A stretch of 64,000 nt of DNA from Salpingoeca rosetta. Its lineage: Eukaryota > Protista > Choanoflagellata. Positions 13,601 to 32,355 of this stretch are shown piece after piece. Both the position numbers and the translations under genes were made by a program. The notes under the pieces were generated by a model. That model ran no database searches and was not told the DNA's origin. It saw only the letters and a list, made by a program, of their open reading frames with translations. The stretch covers positions 598,087 to 662,086 of the forward strand of contig JAWQFM010000019.1 of assembly GCA_033442325.1 (NCBI GenBank), in the 5' to 3' direction. Each line of letters starts with the position of its first letter. The stretch's first letter is position 1.

Positions 13601-15822
13601 TTCTCCGCCAGCGTGATGAGCGTGAGGTAGTCTGTCTGTCCGACGGAGACCTGCGTTGCGCCCACGGCCGCGCTGGCCATGACGGCTGCTGCCTCCTGGT
13701 TGAGCTCAAAGGTGAACGGCTCCACCTCCTTCACCAGCACCGTCTCGCTGATGATGTCGTTGTCGGTGAATGTGGCCAGCGCCTGGGCTTCCTCGTACAT
13801 TTCCCGCTCCCCAGCCTGCAGCATCACCTCCACCGTCGTGTCGTCCAGCACTGCGAGCGGGCGCACTTGTGCTGCAAACGCCTTTGTCTTGTTCCGCGCG
13901 TCCACAACCGCACGCGCCAGGTTGAGGCCCGAGATCTTCACCAGCATGTGGTTGTACAGCAGCGCGCTCTTGACGTCACGGCCAAGCAGCTCCGGGTCCT
14001 TGGAAAATTTCGCATTCTGCACACAGGCGGTGACGTTGTTGGTGACGGTGATGCTGCCCAGATCAATGACAACGGCAGTGGTGTCGTATGGCGACAGGGG
14101 CACAACCACGGTCGGCGACGACACAAGAATGTCCACGTGCATGCGCCCGTCTGCTTCTGTATCGTCTTCCACGTCGCCTGCCGCGCTGCTTGTGGCGGTG
14201 GTGCTGCTGCCGCTGCGGTCAGCTGCGTCGTCTGCGTTTGCGGATATGTCCTCGAGGGTCGTGAGGACAGGAGCAATGAACTCCAGTACGCCCGCAATGA
14301 AGTCCGGCAGCACAAAGATACGCAGCGGCGCTGGGATGGATTATGTGTGCGTGTGAGCGTGTGTGAAGATGTGTGTGTGCACATGTGTGTGTTTAAACAT
14401 GTGTGCGTGTGCGTGTGTGTGTTAAGATGTGTGTGTGTGTGTGAGAGTAAATTTACGAGCGCGGCGTGCAAAATAAAGTACATGAATGCGGGTAGGTGTG
14501 TGTAAAAGCACCTACGCATTGAGGAACACACGAGTCACGCGTGTACCTGCTCGCAGGGAGATGCTAAGGGGAACCTGGCCCTGCTTCGGGTCTGCTTCCA
14601 GCAACAGCTGTGTCTGTGTTGAGAGTTAGATAGTGGGAACATTGGAGGTGAAACAGGTTGTCAGATAGACGCTTCATATTGCCTCGGGGCAAACCAACTG
14701 GGGGGGGGGGGGGGTGTTCGACCTACCGATCTTTCGAGCGGTTGTGCATGCAATTTTCGCGCGTTCAAGCGTAGGCACACGTGCACACACACACGTGCAC
14801 ACACACACGCACGCATGCGAACAACACCGCCAACAGAACCAACACCGCCATCGCGAGCCAAACGGGTCCGTTGTACTCACGTCGATGAGAGTGTCGGATG
14901 CAATGACGTCAATGACGTCCCTGTACAGGTAGCCTTCATCATTCACCACGCTGTGGTTTCGCAAGCGTGGCTGGCCAAGCTGCGCCTGAATTGTGGTCTG
15001 CGTGCCGCATTGCACGACGTTTGCGGACAAGTTGTCCACTGAGAGGACAGCTAGGTATGTACGGCCAGTGGCAATGCCAATGTCCAGGCCCGTGCTGTGG
15101 AACGCGATGGCCATATCTGTTGGCCTGACGCGGTCGTCGTCGTCATCATCATCGCCTCCGGCTTGCGGTTGCTGTTGGGTGATGGTGGTGGGCGATGCTG
15201 TGGTGTCACTGCCAGCAGCAGCGGCGGCCCCAGTTGCCTGCGCAGCGCTGAGCTGCGTGGTGCTCCCTTTGCCGTCGTCCCACGCCAGTTCGGCTTGTGC
15301 TGCGGGTGCAGTCATATCTGCGGCGTGGCAGTGAGTGCGTGAGTGCATGCGTGAGTGAGTGCGGGAGTGAGAGAGAGAGAGAGAGAGTGTGTGTGTGTGT
15401 GTGTGCGGGGACATGGGTGTGCAGGTGTGTGAGCTTGTGCGCAAGAATATGTGCATGTGCATGGGGGGGGGTTGTGCTCCGCCGTCTGTGCTGTTGGGCG
15501 CGTCTACAAGCCCGGTTGTGGAAACTGAGGCTGGACACAGAAGGCAAATATGCACTCATGGCTGCACCAACAGCAATGCGTGTGAATATCCCTTCACGCA
15601 CCTGCAATCTTCGTCACCACGCCTTGCACGAGCGGCAACGTCGTCTGTGGAGATTTGCGTGCAGCAACCCAGCAGCACCAGCCGTGACAATGTGAATGAC
15701 GGCAGCGTCAATCGATGGCAACATTGGCAGTTTAAGCTGAGGAAACATACGGCAGGGTATCGAGGAGACAAGCAAGCGAACAGCCCATACCATACACGCA
15801 CGCGTGTACACACACACAAACG

Positions 15823-15863
<41 letters not shown>

Positions 15864-16079
15864 GCTCCAGCGTGTCGGTGTTTGGCGCACCTTGACGAGG
15901 GCGACGGCCGCGTGCTGCTCCAGACTGATGGCGAGGCGCGAAATATCGCCCTGAACTGTCACAAGCTGAGGGGCGGCCAAGGGAAGGTGCATGTGTGTGG
16001 TCAATAGAGATGAATAGTCATGGAAAGAGAAGGGTGTGAGAGAGAAAACAACATGGAGACAGGGCGTGCATGTATGAAA

Positions 16080-16138
<59 letters not shown>

Positions 16139-16825
16139 TTGTGTGCTCTCACAACCGGCGCCATACATGTTTGTAAACGCACAGTAAGTGAGCCGAGTCA
16201 CAAGTGGTCACAGGTAGTCACAGGTGGTCACAGGTGCCCCCCCCCTTCGCCCTCGCACAAGCACGCACCGTGTTGCTGAACGAGGTTTGAAGGTCTGGGT
16301 GTTTTGGATCAACAATGGTGGCGCTGAGCGACACAAAGTTTTTGTTGGTGGACTGGCAGGACGCCATGCGCCGCGCTTCGGACGATGACAGCACATCTGG
16401 TGTTGTGATGGCATCGTCGCGCGTGTACAGCAAACACATCTCCTCCATGCGTCTTGGGTCTGGCCCAGAGAACACGCCCACATCGATACCGGCAAGCGTG
16501 GCCTCCACCACCATGTCGAGCGTGCGTTGGTTCACGTATGCGCTCAGGTCGTACGCTGTGAAGCACAGGTTCTTCTTTCGCCGGCCGTCTGCCAGTGCCT
16601 CGTACAGCTGTACCTCCATCCGAGCAATCTGCACATGCGTTATATGCGTTGTGTGGACGGGTTGCATGTGAGAGCGAGAATTTGTGACGTGTGAGGCTGT
16701 GTTTGCACTCATGGACGCGCATGTATGTTGAAAGCACACGTATGACCAACAAAAAGACAAGACGCAGGCATGTTCTGAACAAAAAGGCACGCACGTTTAC
16801 GTTCAGGCACACGCATGCACGCACG

Positions 16826-16872
<47 letters not shown>

Positions 16873-18843
16873 AAAACAAGCACGCCACGCGCAGTCCACT
16901 GCAAGTGGCATTGCACCTTCAAGTCGGCCTGCAGCAGGCGAATGGCAATATCTGACGGTGGCGGCTTCGGCGTCGCTGCGGGACGGAGTTCGCTCGATGC
17001 ATCCTGGAACTCATCCTCATCATCGTCGTGGTTGTCAGACTTGCTGCTGATGCCAGATGGTGTACGCTTGAGGGTTGGCTTGCGGGACACGGGGGTGGAT
17101 GCAGCGGAGCTTTGGGCCGCTTCGCCTTTCCCGCTGTCCTTCTTCTTCTTCTTGCTTGCCTGCGTGGCGCTGCCGCCGTTGTTGTTATTGCTGTCTGTGC
17201 TTGCAAGGAAGCGCTCAAAGTCATCCTCGACCGACTGCGTGTACCGGTACGCGTCGGCATCAAACGTGCTCGCCTCCGTCCAGACCGCTGCAGAACGTGG
17301 TGGTGACGTGGTGGAAATGTTTGAGGATGATGATGATGATGATTGATGATGACGGTGTTGGTGATGATGGTGGTGATGAGAACGAGGTCGCTTGATGTTA
17401 GGCGAAAGTGCTAAAAGAAGGCCGAGAATATACGAAAAGTGGCACTGTGTGGCAATAAACAAAGTGCACCAGTGCTCATACTCACCAGCTTGCTCCGTAA
17501 GAGCTTGGAGGTCCAAGTCACCTGTTTGTGTTGATGTGAGCAGTAAACCATGAGGGGGAGATGGGGCAAGACAGCGTGTCAGAGTGCATGTGTTGGCATA
17601 AATGGGCGCTGTGTGAACACCAGTGGTATAACAAGGTGTGCACCATTGAGCAACTTAAAAAAGGAACACCAATTGTATGGCTTGGATGACTGTGCTTACC
17701 GATGAAGGTGCTAGCGAGGGAGAGGAGCGAGAGAACTTGCTGGTCCGACACTCTGCAAGGAGAGTGAGATTGCATTGTTGGAATTCGAGTGGCACGTACG
17801 TGTCGATGACAGTTGAATGCAGCAAAGTGTGAGTGCGTGTGTGTGTGCGTGCGTGTGTGTGTCTGTGTGTGTGTGTGTGTCTGTGTGTGTGTGTGTCTCT
17901 GTGTGTGTGTGTGTAATCATATTCGATCACATGCAGGTGCGGCGGCAAGGCTGTCTCACCCGACACGGATGTCATCGATGCGGGCGTTGACGGTGATGAA
18001 GGGCAGCTGCACGTCGTTCTCACGCAAACACCTGCACACCACAGGCAACGACCACAGGGAAGTAGGTGCATGGGTCACGAAGGAAGCAGCGGAAGGATGC
18101 GCTCGACCCTGCATTGAAGAAGACAAAGAATACGCCGAACAACTGCTTGCAAGCAACATACCAGCTTCTTCAATACGCCACACTTCGCTCCCATTTGCAC
18201 GTCACACATGAGGAGACGCACAAAAAACAACCACTCACTTGCCCACGACGGCGTGGATCTTGGTTTCGTCGACAATGTGCCTTGTGCTCGTTTTCTTCGT
18301 CTGCAGCTCGCGCCACTGATCCATGTTGTCCACGAGAAGAACCTGTTGAGGGAACAAGAGGTGGGGAGGGGGTTGATGTGCGTGAGTCAAGGGGGCGGAG
18401 GAGCACGTTGATGGGTGCAGAAGGATGTGACGGCTGCAGAAGAATGAAAGACATGAAAGACACACACGGACACACACAGACAAACATACACACACACACA
18501 CACTCTCTCTCGTGCATGTGAGTGTATGTGAGCGTGGTGGCGCAATTTCTGCTCAGGGCTCGTGGCTTGCGCAACAGCTGTTCGCGGTGCGCACCTTGAT
18601 TTGCTGAAGATCGATGTTGTACCGGTCGTACATGAGTACTTGCAGATCCTTGAGCGAGAGCGTGGTGGTGTCTGTTGGCTCTTGCAGGGAGCTGTGCACG
18701 GCCACTGTACCGAGATCAGCAACTAGCAGCTGTCGTGGGGAAGGATGCAACAACAGCGCAAGCAGGGTGAGAAAGCTTGGTAGCTCACGTAGGCATCGGG
18801 CGAACGAACGCGGACAAGTGCAACACACACACACACATACACG

Positions 18844-18914
<71 letters not shown>

Positions 18915-21900
18915 TTGGTGCATGCTCGACGTCTGTGGGCACGGAGACACTGACGACTGGCGCGCGAATGTTCACGTCAAGTTTCATGTTCTGTTGCAAA
19001 CATGACGGCGCGTGAGATGAAAAGTGGAGTGGTGTTGCAATGAGGAGCACAAGAAGAGCACCGCAGGCAAGTTAAGGGTGAGAAAGACAACACACCAGAC
19101 ACAGATAAACACACACGCGCACACTGCTTCGTGCCTCCGAACCCTTGTCTTTATCGCCTCCTTCGTTCTGTCACCATGGCACACCACATGGCACCACCAC
19201 CACCACCACCACCACCACGACAACGGCGACGATGCCCCACCTTGCGGGTGTTGATGGCGTGCTCGAGACCAGCCCGCATCTGCTGCTGCGCGTGCACAAG
19301 CGATGCGCTGGTGGCGTCAACAATGTCCGCCGTGTTGATCGTCGGCGGCACCTGGAAAAACTCCACAATGCTGCCAGCGGAGGGGTTGGTTGGTGATGTG
19401 AGGGTTGTGTGTGTGTGTGTATGTGGTTGTGTGTGTGTGTGTGTGTGGTTGTGTGTGTGCGTGAGTGTGTGGGTGTGCGTGTGAGTGCGTTGGGCGTAAG
19501 CAATGTAACCTGTAGCTGCCACCTGCAACCACAGTCACGAATGACCCCACTGTGCAACACACACACACACACACACAAGAACACAGAACACATACGCACT
19601 CCCCAAAGCCACCGATCCCACCTCTTGATGGGCCGCGGCTGGAGCTGGATCATGTGCCCCTGCATCACCAGCTTCAGCGCCATGTCAATGTGCGGCTCGT
19701 TTGCCATCGGGATTGGGTTGACATCAAACTGCAGGGAAGTGGCGAGCTGTCCGTCGTCGTCGTCGCCGCCAGCATCACCCATCAACGCCTTGAGCAAGTC
19801 CACCATGCGGTTGGTGACCGGGCAGTGCACCTGCGCAAACGTGCGCGAGAGACTCGCCTTGACGCACAGTCCGTCGCCAACGGGGCGCTGGAGGGCATTT
19901 GCCGTCAGGTCATCGCACTCAAACTGCAGCAGGCAGTCGCCTTTGCTCGTGTCCAGCGACTGGCGGCGAGCGGGTGAAGTGACAGGAGAGGTTATATGGC
20001 GTGTGCAAGAGGGTGAGGTACAGCGAGTGAGGTGTGTTTGTGTGTTTGTGTGTTTGTGTGTTTGTTCATATATGTGTGTGTGTGTGTTTGGCGTGTGTGT
20101 GCGTGTGTGTGCGTGTGTGCGTGTGCGTGCTGGTGGGCGCGATTGCTTCCATCGACACAGAAGAACAGGATGGTACGATCCACACCTTTGCGTCTGCAGA
20201 GTCCCGCAAGAGACGAAGAACGAGGCTTTTGAGCGCAGCGTTCACAATCGCACCCACATAGTCCGCGTCCTAGATATGTGAGTGTGAGTGTGCGGTGTTG
20301 TGTGAGTGTGTGTGTGCGTGTGTGAGAAAGTGAGTGAGTGAGTGAACAAGTATGTCGGCTGCAACCGAGAGTTGACAGCGATATGTAGAACCAAACAACT
20401 GCCTGCATGCAATGCAATCTTACCTTTGGCGTTTCGTAGTCTTCTTCCTTTGCCAGCATCTGCACGAGCTCTTTGCGTGACTCGCTGAGCTCCCGCTGAA
20501 GACGTGCATGCGTATGTGTGCGCGTATGTGTGTGCGATGCGTGTATGAGGGCGTGAGTGTGTGCGTGTCGCGTAAGCGAGAAGAAGGCAATACATGTTCT
20601 ATGCCTGAAAACCTGCAGCCGCACAACCACTCGCAAACACAGCAGCCACCCGCAAACACAGCAGCCACTCGCAAACACAACAAGCACAGGCGCACGAAGC
20701 ACTGTCCAGTTTGCTGCACCTCAATGTCCTCCGATGTCTGAGCGGAGGATGATGACGACGACCAGAACCATGACTTGACCGACTTCATCAGACCGCCACC
20801 AAGCGACCGCTTCGGCACCCGCGACCTGAAACAGGGAGGAGAAGGGGGTGCAGATTCGTAAGGATGTGATGTTATGCATGCAGACATGTGCGGGTGGATG
20901 TGGGTGGGCAATATTGAGGTGTGTTGATGATTGGAGTGAGGTGATGAGTGCATGTAGGAAGGAATACGTGCAAGGAAGCAGTGGAATAAGCGTTGAGAAA
21001 CAGCAGGAATGCGCATGCGTTGTGAGTGCGTGGCAAGACAGGTCACCGGCACGCTCACTTTGCAATCTTGCGGTAGAGGCGAATATCGTTGATGGAGAGG
21101 CGCTCGTCTTCCTCAATTGCCTTTGCCTGCAGGCAAAATCAGCAAGAGCACAATCAGCAAGAGCAAAACAAGGAAGATGCGCATATTTGGTGTGAAGGCC
21201 AGTTTTCACATAAGGTTGACACACATGCATGCAGGCACGGCGTGCCCACTTGTGTATCCACCAGCGCACGCGCATACCCGCTTTGCGTCTGCAGAGCTGG
21301 CCTGTCGCTTGAGCACGCGCGTGAAGAGCTCGACATATTCCAGCCGCAGATCCCTGTGGTGAAGGCGAAATGGAGCGGAGGGGAGGTGAGGTGAATGCGG
21401 AAAAGTCGCACCTTGAGAGAATACGAAAGGACGCGACACAATGGCTCTCAAGAGTGCACACATCACACGTAGTCTCGCACGCACGCATGCACACACACAC
21501 GTAGTCTCTCTCTCTCACACACACACACAAGCTCACACACACAAGCTCACACACATACACACACGCACACACACACGCTCACACACACATGCAACGCACC
21601 TCCTCTGCTTCATCTTGGCCCACGACCACATGTCGCGCCGCCTGCGCCACCGGCGCGTGATGCTCTTGGCAGCAAACGTCCACCACGCGAGGGCGTGTCC
21701 GGAAACCGGAACAGCGGGCCGCAGGCGCTTGTGCTCCTTGCGCTTTTCCGCCAGAGAAAAATGGCTGGCGGAGGACAGGATGTTGAGGAACTGCACGCGG
21801 CGCAGGTCTGCACCGATACATATGTGTGTGTGCGTGCGTGTGTGTGTGTGTGTGTGTGTGTGCATGTGTGTGTGTGTGTGCGTGTCCATGTGCGTGTGTG

Positions 21901-23711
21901 CGTGTGTGTGCATGTGCATGCGTGTGTGTGAGTGCAAAGTGTACAAGTGTGTGTGCCCCTGATGAGGACTTCAATCAAGGCACCGCGTATGAACGACCAA
22001 CACGACGCACCAAGGCCGATGCTGGGCATGGCAAAGTCAAGCTCAAACTGCGGCGGCCGCTTCCCGTCCGGCGTCACGACCTGTACGAGATGGCCGGCGG
22101 AGTTGAGCACATGGACATACATGTGGGCATGTGTGAATGTGTGATGTGTGATGTGTGCACATGCGCCTGACGTGAATGTGTGATGCGTGCGCATGCATAT
22201 GCACACAGTGTGGGCACCAGGAAAGGACAAGACTTGTCGCGCGTGATCAGCACTGCAAGTATGCGCAAAGCGCCACCGCCGCATGTGCGCAATGTTGACC
22301 TTCTTGTTGATGCAGAGCTGTCCGTTGAAGGCGAGCGGGCGCAGGATGTGGTGGTGCTTGTCAAGATTGCTCTGGTCCTGAAACACCTTGTTCATGACTG
22401 GGGCAAGCGCGTTGCGTGTGTGCAAAGGCGATTGTGGTTGTGGTTGTGGGTGTGATTGCGAGTGTGATTGTGTGTGTGTGAGTGTAGGCGGCAGTGTCAT
22501 CGACGTGGATGATGTCTCGAGTGGAGGCTGAAACAGTCAACAGTGCATACTGTGCACAGCCCGGGCACGTGAACACACACCCGCAACCGTGCAATCTCAC
22601 GCACGCCAACAGCCCCACACACACCTGCACGGATGTCGGCAATGCTCTGCTTGGATGTTGAGATGAGGGCATGTGTGTCCGTGTTGCCATCGAGGTAGAT
22701 GGACAAGTTCTTCAACTCAAGCAGCTGCATGAACCATGCGTGCATCACGGCACAGGAAACAAACAAGAGCGGTGTGGTGCTCAGAATGTAAGTTGCTGGT
22801 TCGTGGAGTGGAAATCCACACCTCCATCAAACCATAAACCAGGCGTGAAGGACCGTCACTTTGGGGCTCATCAGTTGGGAGGTTTCACGTGGCTTGACTG
22901 GGGAGAGAAGAGAGGAACAGTCGTGCAGCCAAGACACAGTCTCGCAACCACTGTACATTCACGCGCACACCTCCAACATGAACACATGGTCACATGCACT
23001 CGTGCATGTAGGCACACCTTTCGAGCGACGGTGTGCGAGAGCTCCTTCACAGTTGGGCGCCAGTTCGAATCTGCGGAACAAATGGTGATTTCACCCAATG
23101 TCACGCCACCAGCAAACGGCGACTGCACAGTGTATGTGTGTGTGTGTGTGTAAGTGTGAGTGCGTATGAAGGTGAGGGATGAGCATGAGCAAAGCGCGAT
23201 GACATCATGAAGAGAGCAGGGCCACATGTAGGCATCATTGTACGTACGCAGGGCGTGACGGCGCCAGAGTCCTCGTAGCGGAGATGGATGCGCTTCACCG
23301 TCACCTGCACTCACACACACACACACACATGGACGACGGCAGCGGGAAAACAAACGGTGAGTGGCGATGCATGTGACAATGTGTCAGCAAAGGCAACGCA
23401 AGTGCACACGCACACACACATATATATGCACACACACGCGCACGCGCACGCACACCTGGAGGTTGTTGACGACGCCAAAGACGATCTTGGAGGAGAACAG
23501 GTCGTCGTCTGCGCTGGGAGCCTCGTCCCTATGACGACGTTGGCGGCGGTGGTGGTGGTGGTGGGTGAAGGAATGAAGAAATGCACACACAGATACACAC
23601 ACATACACACACACTCTCTCAGCAAGATTGCTGCGAGTACATTCCATTTTTCGTCTCCCCAAAATCATCCTTCTCTGTCCTCCTCCCAGTCCCCTTTGTG
23701 TGAATATGGGC

Positions 23712-23788
<77 letters not shown>

Positions 23789-23898
23789 TGCGCACTTGTC
23801 GAGGGCGTCGAGCTGGTCCCGGCGCTGCTTCAGCTTTGCTTGTTTCTCCTTCTCTGCATCGTACTGCACACATGACAGCGACGGAGAGGGAATGGACG

Positions 23899-23962
<64 letters not shown>

Positions 23963-24919
23963 TCATTCACGTGGCGGCAGTGCAACGCCTTGTGGTTGAT
24001 CGTGCATTTGCCAGTGCGCACCTTCTGCTCTTCTGTGGGCTCGACGATGAGGGTCACTGCAGAAGAAGAGTGGACACAACACGCTTGTTGAGCAGCGCAC
24101 CACCAACACCGGCACTGCACTGTGTGCGTGCACACAAGAACACAAGCAAGGAAAGGAGCATACAAGCACTCACGCGCACACGCACATATAAGCATGCACA
24201 CACATGTACACACAAACACACACATAAACAAGGACACGAGCATGCATGTACCTTCGTCGAGCGTGACGCGAATTGGTTTGGAAAAGAGGTTCTTCCACGA
24301 CACCTCCAAGTGCAGCAGCCCGACAACACCTGCAGGATTGGCACAATCACATGTGAGGGCAAGCAGGCGAGAGCGACAGCAAGGCGGAGGGTGCTTGGGA
24401 TCAGAGGAGCAGCGCTAGCATGTCCGTGTGAGAGATCGAGAGAAGCGTAGCTGAGCAGAAGGAGCAACGCACCAGCAGTGATGGAGATGGGAAGGCCGAG
24501 CTCCTTCTGCAACACCTCTTTCTTCAGATGCAGGTTGGTCAGCGTCACCTTGCCTGTGATGCGTTTGGATAGAGAGGAGCGAGGATCAGCGAGACAATGA
24601 CGTCATGACAAAGACATGCAGTTTGAGGATGTGGTGGCAAAGGTATGCAGAACAACGAGAATGCGGTGGAAACGGCATGCAGTACAAACAGAATGCGGTG
24701 GAAACGGCATGCAGTATGAGAACGCAGCACATATGAACGCACAAGCACAACCACGATCACACACACACACACACGCACACGCACAAACACAATCACAAAC
24801 ACACGCCCCCCATACAACGCACCTTCCAGCACGGAGATTTTGAGGGCTGCATCGTCGAGGTTTTGGAAGTAAGGGGCCATGAACTTCTTCATGGCCCAGA
24901 AGGCCACATTGGACAGCAT
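64..24919 (-). CDS. VPS13: VPS13-family bridge-like lipid transfer protein, multi-exon, apparently complete
   Basis: The N-terminus is Chorein_N-like ([33 protein letters not shown] / [26 protein letters not shown] / [18 protein letters not shown]; later [15 protein letters not shown] and WWTFAAKSI). VAB/SHR-BD-like repeats follow ([39 protein letters not shown]). The C-terminal region is APT1/ATG_C-like ([26 protein letters not shown]; [43 protein letters not shown]). The last GT-AG exons (~570-476, ~312-64) splice in phase to a TGA at 64-66. Not every internal junction was checked. Confidence 0.93.
5747..6494. repeat. ~750 bp mixed (AAG)/(AAC) trinucleotide array in a VPS13 intron
   Basis: Directly visible in the sequence. 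It produces the spurious poly-K/N, poly-S/C and poly-L/V ORFs. The intron acceptor lies at ~5629. Confidence 0.95.
7300..7950 (-). other. DUF5648-like repeat insertion within the VPS13 VAB region
   Basis: Repeat units read [29 protein letters not shown] and [22 protein letters not shown]. Confidence 0.55.
8655..10155 (-). other. Two tandem MABP-like (MVB12-associated beta-prism) domains within VPS13
   Basis: There are six repeats of the pattern PITD[IV]x[VI]...P.G[YF]....[ND]LN.G....[LF][LM]C[YI], e.g. [60 protein letters not shown] and [27 protein letters not shown]. Confidence 0.8.
10930..11250 (-). other. Discoidin/F5-8 type C (galactose-binding-like) domain exon within VPS13
   Basis: The sequence [13 protein letters not shown]...VVFDMG...[16 protein letters not shown]...[14 protein letters not shown] fits the discoidin/APC10-like pattern. 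Confidence 0.65.
16988..17030 (-). other. FFAT-like VAP-binding motif in VPS13 ([13 protein letters not shown])
   Basis: An acidic tract followed by EFQDA resembles the FFAT consensus EFFDAxE. VPS13A and VPS13C carry an FFAT motif in a comparable N-terminal loop. Confidence 0.65.
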
Positions 24920-25683
24920 GCTGCTGCCACGAGCGGCCCCGCTGTTGCTGTTGCTGTTGCTGTTGTTGTTGTTGCTTGCTGTTGTCTCGTGTCACACAGG
25001 GGAGATGCGACTGGTTGCTGCTCCGAATGCTCCAAGTCTTGTCTGTGGCCGATGTGAAGTAACAGTGTAAACAAACGCAGAGCGGAAAAAATGGATGGAC
25101 GCATTATGAGTGTGGGTGGAGCAATGGCCTGCACCGTCCTTCATGTCATGTCAAGCAAGGCCACAGAGCCACAGCCAAGCAAGGCTGGACAAGGACATAT
25201 CATCATCATCATCATCAATTCGAAGCATCAAGCACAGCAAAGCAGCGACCTTGCTCGCTTGCTGGCTTGCAAGTCGTCGAGTGTTTGCGTGTGTGAAGTG
25301 TGTGTGTGGTGGAAATCCGCGCACTGGTTTGATGGTTGGTCTTGCTTGCTCCTCTCCTTCTTCGTTTTCTTGCAAAGGCAAATTTGACTTTTTCCACAGG
25401 TACACAAAGGCAATTTTTGCCTTTGCCACACACCAAGTTGTTGTGCTTGCACTTTGACGCAACGAATGTGAAGAGCCAGGGTGGTGTCCTTCCTTCCTTC
25501 TCACTCTCTCTTTGTGTCTCTCTGCCACCACCACACACATACCTTGTTGGTGTTGGTGTCTCGCCTGTCATCAGCACACTGCAAAAGGAACCAGCGACGA
25601 ATAAGGAAACACACACACAACGCACCCACCCACAACCACACACACACGCACGCAACGCACCGAGCAACAAAGGCACCGCCATC
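24920..25683. promoter_or_regulatory. Putative bidirectional promoter between VPS13 and NOX
   Basis: The two ATGs are head-to-head, ~765 bp apart. No specific elements were identified. Confidence 0.45.
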
Positions 25684-31351
<5,668 letters not shown>

Positions 31352-31847
31352 CGTCGACCATAGCTGTTGTTGTACCCTTGTTTGTGTTCGTAGTCCGTTG
31401 TCGATTGCGGCAGCTTGTGTTCTTATTCCGTTGCATTGTCCTCTGCCCTTGCGTGCCCCTCACCATCATCATCCTCATCGTCATCATCATCATCATCATC
31501 CCCATCGTCATCTTTGTCTCTTTTCGTCTTCTTCCTTGACACGAAATGACGTGAATGCTCTTTCTCTGCTACCTGATGCATTGCTGCCCCCACGTTTCGA
31601 TTGCTCTCTTGTATTGTGTGTTGCTTTGTTCGGTTCGTTCAGTTCGCGTGTCTGTTTCTGTTGCCAGCGAGCGTCGCAGGCGACACGCTCCGCTGCGCTC
31701 ACGCCATACAGGCAACCACGGCAAAAGAGAAAGTGTGTGTGTGTTGTGTGGTGTGGTGTGATTGGGGGAGACAAACAGAGCACAGCAGGCAGTCACACAA
31801 AATACACAAGCACACACACACACACACACAACACACGCACGCACAAA

Positions 31848-31941
<94 letters not shown>

Positions 31942-31995
31942 ACACACACACACAAGCGCAAAAATACACGCAAACTGAACTCAACAACTGGGGAT

Positions 31996-32284
31996 ATGGC
32001 GGAGGTGCGAGGACAGGCGCTGCTGTGGATCGGCTACTGGCAAGGGTGCAAACGTGAGCGTGTGCGTGTGCGTTGCTTGCTTGCCTAAGTGCATGGGTAG
32101 GTGGATGGTGTGGGGCACGGACCTCATGGTGCAAGCGCTGGTGCTGCTGGGTCTTGGCTGTAGGGTGGCATGTGCACACCTTTCAGGTGGAGGGCGACCA
32201 ACTTGTGATTCGGCCACGAGATGACGAGAGCGCCGGAGAGACACTCACGCTCGACCTCGCCACCTGCGTCATCGAAGGTCTGTC

Positions 32285-32355
<71 letters not shown>
